In this document: positions 41,934 through 56,454 of the stretch, piece after piece | How the letters are laid out: each line of letters starts with the position of its first letter | Position numbering within the stretch: position 1 is the first letter of the stretch | Source: Eledone cirrhosa | Taxonomy: Eukaryota | Reading direction: 5' to 3' | DNA length: 64,000 nucleotides | Assembly: GCA_964016885.1 (NCBI GenBank) | Contig: OZ024742.1 | Coordinates: forward strand, 194,928,001 to 194,992,000 | Notes under the pieces: model-generated | What the model saw: the letters and a program-made list of their open reading frames with translations, nothing else | Databases searched by the model: none | Told to the model about the DNA's origin: nothing | Program-made: the position numbers and the translations under genes

Positions 41934-42029
41934 ACCCCGACGGCTGAGCTCAAGCCGTTTCGACGGCTAATTCTGGGCTAAATGAAAATGTTTATCCTGG
42001 TAAATGAATAGCCGAACTTCTCAGGGGGT
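41934..42029 (-). ncRNA. Hammerhead-like motif, CUGAGAA core
   Basis: acccc-CTGAGAA-gttcggcta[...]tagccgtc-GAAACggct(tgagctc)agccGTC-ggggt; all three stems are strong. Confidence 0.65.
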
Positions 42030-42425
42030 AATTCCATATATGGTAAAAGTGATTGTCGCAAGGATTAGTCAAAAGTTTGTTGTTGAGACACATGATTCTA
42101 TCATGGTATTTTGTCGAAGGTAGGGATAGCTGAACTTGCCAGTAGAAGAAAGAGGGAGAGGGAGTGGAGGAAACCCAGTCGAGCGTTGAAAGTGATACTA
42201 CACCAGATTCTAAGGATAGAAGGTCGAAAAAAAGTACACTAGAGAAGGGGAGGGGGGAGGAAGTCGAAACAATATGTAAATCTAAATGGAGTAAATATAT
42301 AGAAAAATATAAAAAATATTAAAAATATTAAAAAAACAATTTCTGGTTACTATTCCCCTTCCACAATCCTCAAATCTCTCTCACTTATGCTCCATCTGGT
42401 TCCTTACCACATTTCCTTCGTTATA

Positions 42426-42646
<221 letters not shown>

Positions 42647-43287
42647 ATATATATATATACACCCGATCCGAGAGAAGCGAAATGAGGTGGTTGGTTTAAG
42701 TAGACAAACGATGCACCAACACACACACACACACAAGCGAGACAGCAACCCACGCACGCACACACTCAAGCGAGACAACAACACATGCACACACACACAC
42801 ACACAGTAACATTCACCAAACAGGCAGAGAATATTATGGACTGACAGCTAGCGCCACCTCACTCCCACAATTGAAAGAACTATTTCGGCCGCCGACCTCC
42901 GCCTGACCGACCCCATTTTACGCGCACGCGCGTTCTGCTGAATACCTCAGATATTCAAAACAACGAACAGCGGAGGACACGTTTCGCACCTTTCCGACAG
43001 ACAACCTCCACCACAACACCCCACCCCCGAAAAAAAACCCAGTTAATGGATGTGAATCCGAAATATATAGGGACAATCAAATCTCTCCCAAGGTAACTCT
43101 ATCTCGTGTTATTATTTTTATTTTATCCTTTACGCTCTTTCCTACATTCTTCTACACTATACAGTCTTCTACACGCCACGCATCTCGACGTACACCCACT
43201 TACATCTCTCTCTCCACCACCGGATCTTGTTACCCGGAGATTTACCCATCTACATTGTCGAGGCTTCCAAACGACTTAAAGAAATTT

Positions 43288-43400
<113 letters not shown>

Positions 43401-43424
43401 CATATACATATTATATACATATAC

Positions 43425-43502
<78 letters not shown>

Positions 43503-43524
43503 TTGTATATATATATTTATATAT

Positions 43525-43870
43525 GAAGGCGTGTGGATGAGTGGTTAGAGAATTGAATTCGCAATCGTGAGGTTGTGAGTTCGATTCTCTCACCATGCGA
43601 TCCGTTATGTACCTGAGCAAGACACTTTATTTCACGTTGCTCCTTCTACCTGGAGTTGCGACCGATAGATAGTATTAGCAACTGGAAAGTCAATCGTACG
43701 CCATGCTTTTCAGCAAAGAGTTACGGCCCTTTATATCCAGAGCTCAAATCCAGCCGCGATTAACTTTGCCTTTCATCCTTACGGGGTCGATAAAATAAAG
43801 TACCAGTAATGCACTGAGATAATTGCTTGCCACAAGGCCAGCAATTATCCCAATGCATTACTGGTACAAT
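43525..43870 (+). mobile_element. SINE S1 fused to a partial SINE S2
   Basis: S1 head and CORE-like block to ~43695, then S2 block ctttgcctttcatccttacggggtcgataaaataaagtaccag with a short fold-back. Confidence 0.8.
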
Positions 43871-44573
43871 TATATAATATTTTTTTATATTCATACATGG
43901 AACAAAAGCGCTAACCACGATTTTATAGCCTAAATTTGACTATACCTCTATGTTTATATACATACTAGCAGAGTACCTCGTTGGTGTCGTTCAATCTTTC
44001 TTATTCATGTCAGACCATATCTACTCTACTCTCCATCTCCCATTACATATTCCCTGTGACTCGTCCCTGTGCATCGGCCACGGTCACCATGATCGACTCT
44101 ATGGAAAGTGGACAACGCAAAATAAAGTGTCTTGTTCAAGTTAAAAACACACCACCGGAAATCGAACACACTCCTTACAATCGTGAGCCGAACACACTAA
44201 CCACTAAGCCACGCTGCAACGGAAAGTCATACACATATTAACAATACTAAATCTAAAGACGGACAGACAAAAGGGGCGTTTCGACAGACGATAAAAAAAA
44301 TCCATCGAGTGATCTCCATTGACTAATGTTCTTCTCCATGTCAGACCATATCTACCGTATTCTAGATCTCCCATTATTTATTCCATGTGACCCGCAGATA
44401 AATGTATATTTTCATTGAAAGAAATCAAGAAAGCTCATGATTTTGTGTTTCATTTTCTTTTATTCTTTTCTGAATTAAGAAACTTCAAGTGTCCCAAAAA
44501 CAATCTACTTGGTATGCAGATGTCGAAAACCAAATCCGTTTTTGTCTAGAACGTTACGTTTCGGAAACTTTCA

Positions 44574-44632
<59 letters not shown>

Positions 44633-45613
44633 CTAGAGCTAAACAATATGTTAAAACGCCATACATATATATATATATGTATGGCGTTTTAACATATTGT
44701 TTAGCTCTAGTTTTCTTAACTATTGGAGCGCTTGCCACCATTTTTACGATTTTGCGTTTCGTTTCGCTTTTTCTACCAGCCGAAATACGATTCTAGCTGA
44801 ATTATATTTGTATTAATCTCCCGAGTCTTACAATTAACCTGTTAATAATTCTATTGACAGATTAATTGCATAAGTTTATTTTAAAAACTACTCGGTTGAG
44901 TGCTTATTCGATTTGTGCTAACTATGCAATTTTTTGTATGATATGCACATACTGAATTCATTTGCCAAAATCTGGGGAATTTTCCCCTTGTGACTTACGC
45001 ATGTGCTTTTACAAAGTTCTGCGTCACTCGCAGATATATATATTTTTCTTCCTTGTTGATAATCCAAAAATATCCACTTCCGTGACTTACCATCTGATTA
45101 ATTGGTGAAATATATTTCTTTAATGGAATATATACAGGGAAGATTAATCATATTAAAAGGTATCTATTTTTGAAGTTCTAGTCAACTTTATTTAGTTGTT
45201 ACCCACCTAGCTATGCGTGGTTAGATGCTTGTAAAAATTATCTCCTGTGATTATTCATGTTTATATATATGTTAATCAATTTCTAGTTATTATAAAATGC
45301 TCGAACCTACACGATAGAATCTTTGAGCTTATTTTCCGGGCGATATGGCGCACGCCGTTATGGCATGACACCCATAATTTCGATTTGGATTAAATTCATT
45401 TAATTTATCTTAATTTGGGATATATATATATATATATATAGGAACCAGTAAGACCCCGACAGCTGAGCTCAAGCCGTTTCGACGGCTAATTCTCGAAACG
45501 GCTGGAGCTCAGCTGTCGGGGTCTTACTGGTTCCTATTACCCACTCTACTACCTCAAGTATTGAGTACTTTGGTGCGTTATGGTCCACCTGGTTCCTTAC
45601 CACATTTCCTTCG

Positions 45614-45650
<37 letters not shown>

Positions 45651-45704
45651 CACACAGACACACATATATATATATATATATATATACTTCTTTATGTATA
45701 TATT

Positions 45705-45750
<46 letters not shown>

Positions 45751-45974
45751 CATACAAATATGCACTCTCAAAAATTACTTATTAGATGTATATATATGTG
45801 TGTGTGTGAGTGTGTGTGTGAGTGTGTGTGAAAATACTTATGGCCCTGAAACTGAAACAGCTGGGCCTGCCATGTAAATTCGACCTGTTCATTGTGACCG
45901 CTCTGAATCTCAACATTCCTCAACCATGCTAAGACACTCCATATATATATATCTATAAATATATATATATATAT

Positions 45975-48045
45975 ACCCTCAATTTGCGAATGGCTTGCTC
46001 TACCCGTATAGAGAGCAGAATGATACGCCTAATTACATAAGTAAGCATTCTAACCATCCTGCCAGCATAACCAAGAACCTGGTAAGAAAAGTTTCTTTAA
46101 GGCTTTCCCGTCTATCTATAAACGAGCTTATTTTCACCGACCATTCCACATATTACAATGAAGCTCTTGCTCGGAGTGGATTTGTCATAAGGTAACATAT
46201 ACTAAGTATGAGCATAGACCAAGGAAAAATAGACTCCGACGCATTATATGGTATAACCCGCCATATAATATGGAGGTGGCCACACCATTAGCTAAGATCT
46301 TTCTCTCCCTTATTAACAGGCATTTCCCCTCAGTACATAAATATAATAACATTTTTAATAGAAATACCATTAAAATATCTTACTCTACGACTCCTAACCT
46401 TGCACATAACATCTCTCCTTCAATTTTAGCTAAATTACCTAGCCGTAGGAACACGTGCAACCTTGTACTAACTTTATTTGTAGGAATCGGGTTGACTGCC
46501 TTTGATCCGGTAAATGCCTCTATAGTAATATTGTCTACAAATGTAAGGTCGAAACACCCACTTACCGTAGGGCCTCCATAGGGTAAACCGCCAATAGATT
46601 CAAGCAGCGTCTTTACATGCATACCCATTTTTTCTTAACCCTTTAAGAAGTAAATTGACGTCACTTTCAGCTTATATCTGGAGTCTAAAAGATAACCACA
46701 CCCAATATACGTTACACTGGGAGATCCTAGCTAGGGCTAGATCGTATAACGGAAATAAAAGACCTTGTGATCTTTTCACTGCTGAAGCCCTGGAAATACT
46801 CTACGCTAATGACCACATCTAAATGTCTGAGGCAATTTCGGCTTGTAAATTCAAATTGCATAAAACTTTCCTGTATTACAGCCCAACATTATACCCTAAC
46901 GGATAGTACGAACAATACGCGGATAATTTACGTCTTGATGTGGTAGCTAAGTATATTTTATGTTTATACCATTACTTATTTGTATAGGTAAGTATACCTT
47001 ACCAGTATGGTTTGTGAAGGTACGTATACTTTCTCGTACGTATATATGCTTGTATTTGTTATAGGTGTATATATTATATTATATATACTGATATATGTGT
47101 ATATGGTTATGTGTATATGTGTATTTTGTGTTTGTGTGTGTATGCGTGTATGCGTGTTTGCACGTATGTAATGTGTGTATATGTGTACATTGTGTTTTCG
47201 TTGACGTACGTTTGGTGAACATATGTGTATTTACCTGTAGGTATGTGTGTGCGTGCGTTATATACGTATTTATGTGTCTATATTTATATACGTTTATATA
47301 ATTATATGTATATATATATACACACACATACACATATATATTTTTTTATGTGTATTTGGTGTATATTTTCGTAGGTGTGCGGGTAGTGGTGTCGCGCGGA
47401 TCTTTGTATGTGTGCGCGTGTTTATGTATATGCATGCATGGCGGGTGTTTTGCCTATGCCTGTATGTACGTATATTGTTTTACCTATGCATGTGTATGTA
47501 TATAGTTAATTGTTATTGATTTTATTGACCCCTGTCATTTTCGTTCTACTAATTTATTTACATTATTCTACGGGGTCGACAAAATAAAGTACCAGTAATG
47601 CACTGGGTTTTTGCTGGTCTTGTGCCTAAATAGAAACAATTATTCTTAACTCAGAAGCCGTGAATCATTCGGTTTCCTAAATAGAATATTAGTCTACGAC
47701 TTCATTATTAGCATAAACGGGGTTTTGTCTTTGCGTGTAATTGTTCTATCGCGCCACATAACGGCGTATTATCTTCGCTTTTTTCCGTTCATTGTCAAGA
47801 AACGTCTTGACGAACCAAAGTATCGTCTTACTGTTTTCCTTCGGTTGCAACGTGTTTGGAAATATTTGACAGATTGTTTTTTTACTTTCAGAAGATCCCG
47901 TTAAGGGTGAAAGCAGCGATTCTTTACTTAAACTTTAATCTGTTATTTTAATAAATATTTTCTCTAGGGTTCTTATATATTTGATATATATTTATCCTTA
48001 TCGAGCCCTTTTTGGATTTTAGTCTTCAAATATATTATTATTATT
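45975..48045 (+). mobile_element. PLE family A copy, 5'-truncated, HHR-like motif at 47884-47934
   Basis: NYISKHSNHP..MEVATPLAKIF, degraded GIY-YIG; a small SINE S2 fragment lies at ~47570-47640. Confidence 0.9.
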
Positions 48046-48079
48046 TTTTTTAAATTAATATATATATATATATATATAT

Positions 48080-49111
48080 ATATTCAGTAATTATGAATAT
48101 TCCAAAGCTTGGTAGAACAAGTTGTGAGGAAAGTTATCAACATACGTTAAGGTGACTCAACAGGTTGGTAGGGATTCTGTGGTGGAAACACGAACAAACG
48201 AGGAGTGTAATCAAAGAGAAATAGGACGAAGGTAAACAGTTACAAAAGGATTTAATCCACGTATTAACAATTGTTTCATCAGAATTTCAGTCCATTATTG
48301 CTACACTATGTCATAATAGGCAATCAAGAAAGATACTGTGACATCCGAATTTTCAAAATACAAAGTTGAAATGACCTTAGGAAATGAAATAAGGGGTAGT
48401 AGTGTAAAATAGAGGAACAGAGAGAGAGAGGGGGAAAGAGAGGGAGAGAGAGAGAGAAAAGGGATGGAGGTAGGGAGAGAAAGAGAAAGAGATAGGGTGG
48501 TGTGAGAGGATTTGTATAGAATATGGTTAAGTTACAAGAAGGGAGGAGGATTGTGTGCTAAAAGTTGTGATGAGTAGAGGGAGAGATAAGGAAGATAGAA
48601 TTTTAAGTGGCAGTTGGTAGTGGACATGCAAAAGTTTTATCAGAGAATAGGTAAAGGAAGAAAGTATTAAATTTCATATATGTCTATTTTTAGGAGTGTA
48701 GAATTGTTATTTAGGGTAGAAAAGTAGTGTTAAGATTTAGTTGAAGGTTTGAAGTGTGAGAATTTCGCTTTCAGTTTATGGTGGCAAAAGATTGACCTTT
48801 CAATTGTGTTGTTGAGTAGTTGGTGGCCTGAGCTTAGTATATGGAAGAGCTCATTATTACACAACGGGCACGCTTTCATCCCACTCCGGTATGGAGGAGC
48901 ATGTGAGAGTTTGGTCAATTTAAGGGTGTATTGTCGGTTACTCCCCTTTAAGTGCCAAATTCTGTCGGCGAGGGTCGTTACGTAACGGTGTTGGGGGTGC
49001 TTTATTGCGTAACGATGCGTGTACCAACGAGTTTTGAAGGTGTTTGCAGTGCTACCTATGTAGTGCCAGGTTTGGTTGTCCGACTCAACCGAGCACCTGT
49101 ACACTCTGTTT

Positions 49112-49115
<4 letters not shown>
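48080..49115 (-). mobile_element. PLE 3' fragment: GIY-YIG, pyrimidine-rich UTR and hammerhead
   Basis: VYRCSV..YIGSTANTFKTRWYTH..CPLCNNE in ORF 48730-49197. Confidence 0.85.
48261..48361 (-). ncRNA. Hammerhead, UUGAAAA core, long stem II
   Basis: gtatt-TTGAAAA-ttcgga[...]tctgat-GAAAC(aatt)GTT-aatac; palindromic stem III aacaattgtt. Confidence 0.65.
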
Positions 49116-49161
<46 letters not shown>

Positions 49162-49189
49162 AAACAGAAGCAAACAAACAAAAGGATGC

Positions 49190-50800
49190 ATTGACATAAA
49201 GTCGTATTAGTTTCACGCTTAATTCCAGCAGAAGCAGTTGGGGAAGATTGTCAACTTCTCTGAGCAGGGGTTCTTCATTTAATGTCAGCTAATCACACAA
49301 GCTGTTGCACTCACTATGTACGCAACGCTCAACCAAAATTAAATTTCTCCTACCTTCCTTTCTCTTAAGGTACAGTTTTGCAATATTTGTCTCTGGGTGC
49401 AAGCACCCATTGCACATTAAAACCTTACATGTGTGTCTAACAATTTTTTGAAGGTCTTGTTCCATCTTATCAATTATTCTAGCTCTACTCCCAAAATCCA
49501 TTGTTTTATTCCAGATGTTACATTTCCTGCATACAGTTTTGACTTGGATAATTTTATCCCCTTCCTTATGTACTCCTTCACAAATTTTTCCTTCATTTCG
49601 TCTATTTTGATTTCTGCATCCTGCAACATGCCCTAGTATTTGTTAACAGTTTCTTCAATTTACGCCATTCTTTCACCATCAGGTATTTCAATATCATCGA
49701 TCTCAACTCATGTATACTTTTTTTTTACAGTGCTTTGCATTTGCCAAAACCAAACTTTATGCCTATGTCATCAGATAGAATCCTCACTGTGTGGATAAGT
49801 GAACCAAATTCTCTTTCATTCCGGCCACACAACATTAAATCGATGAACAATAGTTGGTTGATACGCATTGACTCTTTCGCCATGTAATATCCACAATTTG
49901 TTTCTCTGAGAATAAGATTAAGACGGATCAGCGTAATGATAAACAGCGACGGTGATAGTGAGTCCCCATGGTAAATACCTCGTCTGATGCAAACTTCTTG
50001 AACTTCTTTATTAGATGTCAATTCCGTTCTCCGTGGTTCCATGTTGTTGAACAGCATTCCCTTGGTGTTATCTGCTTGACCTACAATGTTGAGGGCTTCC
50101 TTTAACCACGAGTGGGGTCTATGTCGTAGGCTTTCTTGTAATCTATGAAAGCCATTGTCAAGTTCTCTTTTGTTCTCTTGCAGTTCCTTAGAATCTCCTC
50201 ATAAATTAACAACTGGTCATTGTTTTTTCTGCACGCTCCACGACACCCGTTCTGCTCATTTGGGAGGAGATTCGCCTCTTTCAGATGCTTATATATCTTG
50301 TTTCCAATAATCCCAGTCAATAGTTTCCAAATGACTGGCAGGCACGCTAATGGTCGGTAATTGGTAGTCACATATCCCATCGGTTTCTCCTTCACTATAA
50401 GGACTGTTCGACAATTGGTCATACAATTTTGGACTTCTCCTAACTGCAAGCACTTGGTTATCCTAACATGTATGTTGCTCATTTTCTTGTACCAGAATCC
50501 TTGGAAATCATCAGGGCCAGGTGCCTTGCAGATTGTCATTTCTGTAACAAACTTTTTGACGCCACTGGCGTAAATGCGGATGTTACCTTGTTTCACATTC
50601 TGATTTAGCCACTGTGTCTCATTATTATGAGAAAAAGGTTTTCCCAAGATGTTATTCCAAAACTCAGTCACCTCAACTGGATCAAGAAGCACGTACATCG
50701 TTTTGTATTTACCATCGAGTTATTTATAAAACTGAGAAGGGTTTGATCGAAAACGTTTCTTTTGATAGAATTGCTGTTGTTGATTTTAAAATTCCGAATC
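49190..50800 (-). mobile_element. R4/Dong-like non-LTR retrotransposon RT fragment, degraded
   Basis: KAPGPD..GFWYK, NYRPLACLPVIWKLLT, FIDYKKAYD, RRGIYHGDSLSP, LYLKRKEG. Confidence 0.85.
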
Positions 50801-50854
50801 TTCAGACTGCCACATTCACACTGCTTACAGTTTCAAGGTCATAATAATAATAAT

Positions 50855-51065
50855 TGTTTCTACTTTCGGCACAAGTCCAGAGATTTGAAGGGGAAGGGAA
50901 AGTCGATTAAATCTACCCCAGTGCATTTCGGGTACTTTATTTTACCGACCCAGTAAAGATGAAAGGCAAAGCTAACCTTGGCGGGATTTGAACTCAGATC
51001 GTAAAGAGGCGTGACTCTATGCTGCAAAGCATGTTGTCCGACGCTCGACCGATACTGCCAACACT
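50855..51065 (-). mobile_element. SINE family S2
   Basis: B box gagttcaaatccc; ttgcctttcat..gggtcggtaaaataaagtacc. Confidence 0.8.
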
Positions 51066-51230
51066 CCTGATTGAGTTCAATAGTCACTATCCTGTGTGAA
51101 ATCTCTTGCTGGATCATTCATCTACCTCCATTTTGTCTAGGGAGGTAGCGGCTATCCACATCTGCTTTTGGGTGATTCTATTACAGGTCAAAGTTTCCTC
51201 ATTTTGGTGTCCATTATTATTATTGTTATT

Positions 51231-51420
51231 AGGGCGGTGGATTGGCAGTATCGGTAGAGGGTCGGACGCCATGCTTTCCAGCATAGTTACGTCCCTTTAC
51301 GATCTGAGTTCAAATCCCGCCGAGGTTGACTTTGCCTTTCATCCTTACGGGGTCGATAAAATAAAGTACCAGTAATGCACTGGGTAATTGCTGGCCTTGT
51401 GCCTAAAGTAGAAACAATTA
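51231..51420 (+). mobile_element. SINE family S2 in (TTA)n
   Basis: gggcggtggattggcagtatcggtagag...gagttcaaatccc...gcctttcatccttacggggtcgataaaataaagtaccag. Confidence 0.85.
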
Positions 51421-52094
51421 TTATTATTGTTATTACTGACTAGTGAAGTTATGTCGAACAGCTGCTGTCATGTGTAGAATGATCCGGCTATCGGCCGAGT
51501 CCATAGTGAAGATCGACCCGCCGCCTTCTTTTTGCCAGGAATGGCAAGCAATTTTCTGTCTGATGGCAGTTGCAAAAGAGATTGTATGGTGGACCAGGTT
51601 GAAAGGAGTGAAGACAGACACGTTTCTCTTCGGCTAATCCCTCATCAACTTTTTCAAATTTCACTTGGAAAGGAAGGTGAGGGTGGAGAGAGAAGTACTG
51701 TCCCCTAGTGCATTTGCTGAAAGGTGGGTGAATGTGGCGAGAATGGCCTACTCTGACCATACGCCTGTAGGCTGGTTAATTTGAGGAGGAGAGGAGTGCT
51801 CTCTTTGGGTGCCCTAGAAAGCGTTGGGGAATTCAGGATTGGTGGGGTACCTGAGTCACCCCTGGGTGGTTCACCCCTCCCCCTATTGGACAAATTATTT
51901 TGTAATTTTTAATCATAGTTCATTTTTATTTTTTTGTTCATTGTTCAATTGGTTTTGTTTGGTGCATTTTTAATCAATCGTATTGTAAACCCCCACTGTC
52001 CCTGTCTTTGTATTGTCCCCTACATATCAGCCCTTGTGGCCCATAAATGAAATCATTATTATTATTATTATCATTTTTATTTTCTTCATTATTG

Positions 52095-52625
52095 TTTCTG
52101 AGATATATGCCGAGGGTCTTCCTGACACCTAGGGTAAATAAATTCACAGTGTGCATTGGTAAGCCAGTTAATAAAGCACATTGATTATAATTTTTAAAAA
52201 ACCCCCAAAAAAACCAGTATACATATATAAACATGTGCATATGCATATGTAAATACAAGGAGAGATATAAATCTTACAGAGATAGTAGTCTTCTCAATAT
52301 GTGTGCAGTACCAGTCAAAACAATTTTTTGCACCTCGTGCAGAGAGGGTAAACCAGGAATCATTCGCAAATATTGTTCTGTTCCTTTCTTGATCATTCCC
52401 AGTCCTCCCACAATCACTGGTATTGTAACGGCCTTGAGGTGCCACATTTTTTTCAATTTCAATAAGCAGATATTTATATTTTCGTAGCTTGTCAAATTCT
52501 TTTGCCACGATATTGTGATCACATGGGATGCTCATATCAATCAATAAACAGAACTTGTTATGTTGATCTTTTATAATGATGTCTGGTCTATTTGCTTTTA
52601 TGGTCCTGTCAGTATGTACAGGAAT
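52095..52625 (-). mobile_element. R4/Dong-like 3' end (RLE domain and 3' UTR), flanked by (TAA)n
   Basis: TDRTIKANRPDIIIKD..LLIDMSIP..KY..IPVIVGGLG..QKIVLTGTAHILRRLL. Confidence 0.85.
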
Positions 52626-52795
52626 CATTATTATTATTATAGGCTTGCACAGTAGGAACCGTGCGAAAGTTGCTGGATACCTAAGACTTTAGGAAACAGA
52701 CTTGATAACTAGCAATCCACATACTTATAGGGAAAAAAAACAAAATGAAATGTAAAAAGAAGAAAATAAAAATTATGATGAATTAGGTTACTCAC

Positions 52796-52935
52796 TTTGC
52801 TTTGTTTCTCAGCATGGAATAGATGAACATGAACAAGATGAAGATACCAAAAATAACTACAGATGATATGATAATGATATCCTTCGTTGATATGTCTGAA
52901 TGTACCGCTTTATCTTCAGGTGTAATCTGTTCATT
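52796..52935 (-). CDS. Host gene exon encoding a transmembrane helix
   Basis: Acceptor ttatctcatacag, donor aa|gtgagt; 140 nt: NEQITPEDKAVHSDISTKD-IIIISSVVIFGIFILFMFIYSML-RNKA. A hydrophobic span is followed by basic residues. Starts in phase 0, ends in phase 2. Confidence 0.8.
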
Positions 52936-53654
52936 CTGTATGAGATAATATAAAATAGCAATCTATACATTCCAGAACACATATAATTAGAGGATTAAAC
53001 TAACCACTACACAATCTAATCATATGTTATTTCGTATTTGGTGTTTGATTTGCAAGATCCTTGTTGTTAAATTGTCGTATATTGAAACAGGTTTTTTGTG
53101 CGTGGTGGGAAACATGTGACATTCTACCAATCAAAAATGCTCGTATTGGTTGAGTTTCTCTTCAGTTTTTTTAATCGGTTAGAGAATTAGTTAATACAGT
53201 TAAAGCAAACGTATATCATGAAATAACTGCATACGGATGGGGTGTACGAGAGCAATAAGTCATTGATAAGGTCACAGGTGGTGAAAAAAGAACTTTCACA
53301 GAACAATTAGCCAACGAATCATTATCTAACTGATTAAAAATACTGAAGGAGAAAAAAGTGTTTGTGTGGGTGTTTGCTTTATATTGACAGCAGACCTATC
53401 CTTCAAAAAATATATAATAATATACTATTGCTTTTTTTCTCTGTCCAGCTGCTTCACCTCTTTGGGTAATATTCATATCATTGCAACAAATTTAATTTAA
53501 AAAATTACAGTCGAAATCTAATAAGAGAAGACTTCGTAGGAAATAAACCATACACTCTCGAGAAAAACTGTGACATGTAATCATCCAGAGATCAATACTC
53601 GGTGGTATGGTAGTGGTCGGTGTATTTAGAATGCAGCAAAAGTGATTAATAAAA

Positions 53655-53935
53655 CGGGTGCTTCAAAAATTTCAACTAAAAGTATTTTCCTTTCACGATG
53701 ACATTCGACGTCCATTAGATATAAGCTCTTACTGTCAGATTTTTACACGGATCGACAGAAACATTCATAAGCTCACTATGGATGATTGATTTAAGAGCTG
53801 TGAAATATTGCATGCATTCATTTCAACTCTTCTTAATAATAACTGCATTGTTTTTTCTAGTTGAAATATAAAACACATTTGGTCATTACATGAAAGTATT
53901 TTGTTTAGCCTATGAACTTTTCGACCGACCCTCAT
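53655..53935. mobile_element. Probable degenerate mariner-type MITE
   Basis: Right end gaacttttcgaccgaccctcata resembles a mariner TIR; left end cgggtgcttcaaaaatttc. Confidence 0.4.
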
Positions 53936-54782
53936 AAAACTAATAGTCTATAGCTAAAGATATTACTAAAATAATAATTTATTATTTTAAATTATTTGTA
54001 GTATATAATTAAGATGTAATGAGGATAGTCATGCATTTTAGAACGTACGTATTTGTATTTAGGTACATGTATATATGTATATACTCGTATATATAGTGTG
54101 TATTTTGTGTATATATGTATATCTATATATTTATAAGCATTTGTGTCTGTACATATATATATATATATGTATATATATATTTATATATATATATACTTAG
54201 GGTAAATATTGATGCAATTCAATTCAAGCACTCAACGTACTTTTTCCACATAGGAGTGACGGAGTAAATATCGAATAAGTAAAAGCGAAGTAGTTTCAGA
54301 TGTTCAAGTCCTTTAATAATAATGCTGTGATATATATTTCAATGACGACACTGGCCACACTGTTCTGTGTGCGAGTGTCGTGACATCATCAGCCAGCTTG
54401 TTACATAATAAGGTTATGTTTCCGAGGCAATCTAAGTTGAATCGACATGGGAACGGACGAAGTGTGTGCTTTTGGGTTCTTCATCTGTTCCCCTGTGAGT
54501 AGCAATTCACCTCCACCGGTCTGCGCAGGCGCATGTCTGACGGAAGCTGACCATTAGCTACCGCCGATTTCAACGAAATTCGCTTAGTCAGTTCACCCTC
54601 TCAGCCAAACAATGACCCATTTAGGCCTGTACCATAGTTTACTGCTACCCGTCCCGTCTGTGGCAGTCAGCCGAAAGCCAGAGGGGATGGGAGTTAGTTT
54701 TTACAGGTCACAATACTACCTCTCACCAAGCATGGACAGTACGACTGACCATCAACTCCCAAGAGAAAATATATTTAATTCT

Positions 54783-54813
<31 letters not shown>

Positions 54814-54815
54814 CG

Positions 54816-54874
<59 letters not shown>

Positions 54875-55189
54875 TGTTACCTATCGCCGTACATGTACGT
54901 CAATACTCATCTTTTTCCATTTCTCCGAGGGTTCTTAACCCCACTATCAGGCTAAATAATTTCTTTAATTTCTTCAGTCAAAATACGGCGATAGCTAACA
55001 TTTCTAATAATTTCAAATCCACTCGCTGTTTCGAAAATATTCTTACATATATATATATATATATATATTAAAATAAGAGATTAAAGTTTAAGCAAAGAAT
55101 CGCTGCTTTCACCCTTAACGGGATCTTCTATATATGTCTTAATCCTTATCGAGCCCTCTTCGGATTTTAGTCTTCACATTTATTATTGT

Positions 55190-55244
<55 letters not shown>

Positions 55245-55247
<3 letters not shown>

Positions 55248-55612
55248 CAACTAGAAATTGATTAACATATAAATAAACATATGAAACAATCACAGGGGAT
55301 AATTTTTACAAGTGTGCAAGCACACATAGCTAGGTAGGTAACTAAATAAAGTTAACTAGAACTTGAAGTTCTAGTTAACTTTATTTAGTTACCTACCTCG
55401 CTATGTGTGCTAGCACACTTGTAAAAATTATCCCCTGTGATTGTTTCATATGTTTATTTATATGTTAATCAATTTCTAGTTGTTATAAAATGCTCGGACC
55501 TATTCATTAGAATCTTAGAGCTTATTTTACGGGTGATATGGCGCATGCCTTTCTGGCATGACACCCATAATTTTGATTTAGATTAAATTCACTTTGATTT
55601 ATCTTAATTTTG
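55245..55612. repeat. Fold-back element with ~120-bp near-perfect hairpin; relative of ~45170-45420
   Basis: Palindrome centred at ~55364 (agaactt-g-aagttct); the right arm carries an extra ~125-nt tail. Confidence 0.8.
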
Positions 55613-55691
55613 TATATATATCACATAAGAAACGGAGAATCAGTGGTGCTAGGAATAAGGTTCCATTTGGAAACTCTGCTTCGTAGAATCG

Positions 55692-55788
55692 AGACATATC
55701 TGAGAATCTTGCGATTTCAGAGTCAGGTTTGATCATTGCATCGATTGTGTCTCGAGCTGGTCGCCAGAGAAACGATTGTAATATGTCT
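55692..55788 (+). ncRNA. Hammerhead-like motif, CUGAGAA core, in a ~300-bp fold-back element (55617-55915)
   Basis: agacatat-CTGAGAA-tcttgcgat[...]gtcgccaga-GAAAC(gatt)GTA-atatgtct; 8-bp stem I. Confidence 0.7.
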
Positions 55789-55926
55789 AATAAATCTTAT
55801 TCGTAGCACCACTGATTCTCCGTTTCTTATGTGATATTATACTCTGCTCTGTAAGAGCATCGAGTGTTCAAAGAGCATCGAGTGTTAGGGACGCTTTAAG
55901 CATCCCACACCAATTATATATATATA

Positions 55927-56380
55927 TAGTGAAAGGGTGGAGAATAACATGGTCAACAGTACGAAAAGGGTTTTATTTACAGTATTAACAATTGTTTCAT
56001 TGATTAAGTTGTCTAAAAATTGGTAATCACTTGAAGTTGTGTCACTCAATTTTAAAGACAATGATTTGGTTAAGCATACATTGTATTAAAAATTGAGTGA
56101 CACAACTTCAAGTGATTAGCAATTTTTAGACAACTTAATCAATGAAACAATTGTTAATACTGTAAATAAAACCCTTTTTGTACTGTTGACCATGTCATTC
56201 TTCACTCTTTCACTATTATTACTCCAAGATTAACTTGCATAGGAATTCCCGAGAACTCACAAACTCGCTACCTAAGGAAACCTCTTGTTGAGTCAAACAA
56301 CGCCGTACGCTAAAACTATCCACAATGCGGAGTATTCATAATCTCTAACTGGATTGCCTATAACGATAATTTGTTATCCC
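55927..56380 (+). mobile_element. Fold-back PLE-type terminus with broken hammerhead
   Basis: 55927-56055 is inverted at ~56087-56216; GAAAC(aatt)GTT-aatac as in 48261-48361. Confidence 0.75.
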
Positions 56381-56454
56381 ATATATATATGATCTCCATA
56401 CAACACTTCAGTTTTTCAAACTGGTGCTTTCGCCTGGGGGAGACTAACGAGAGG

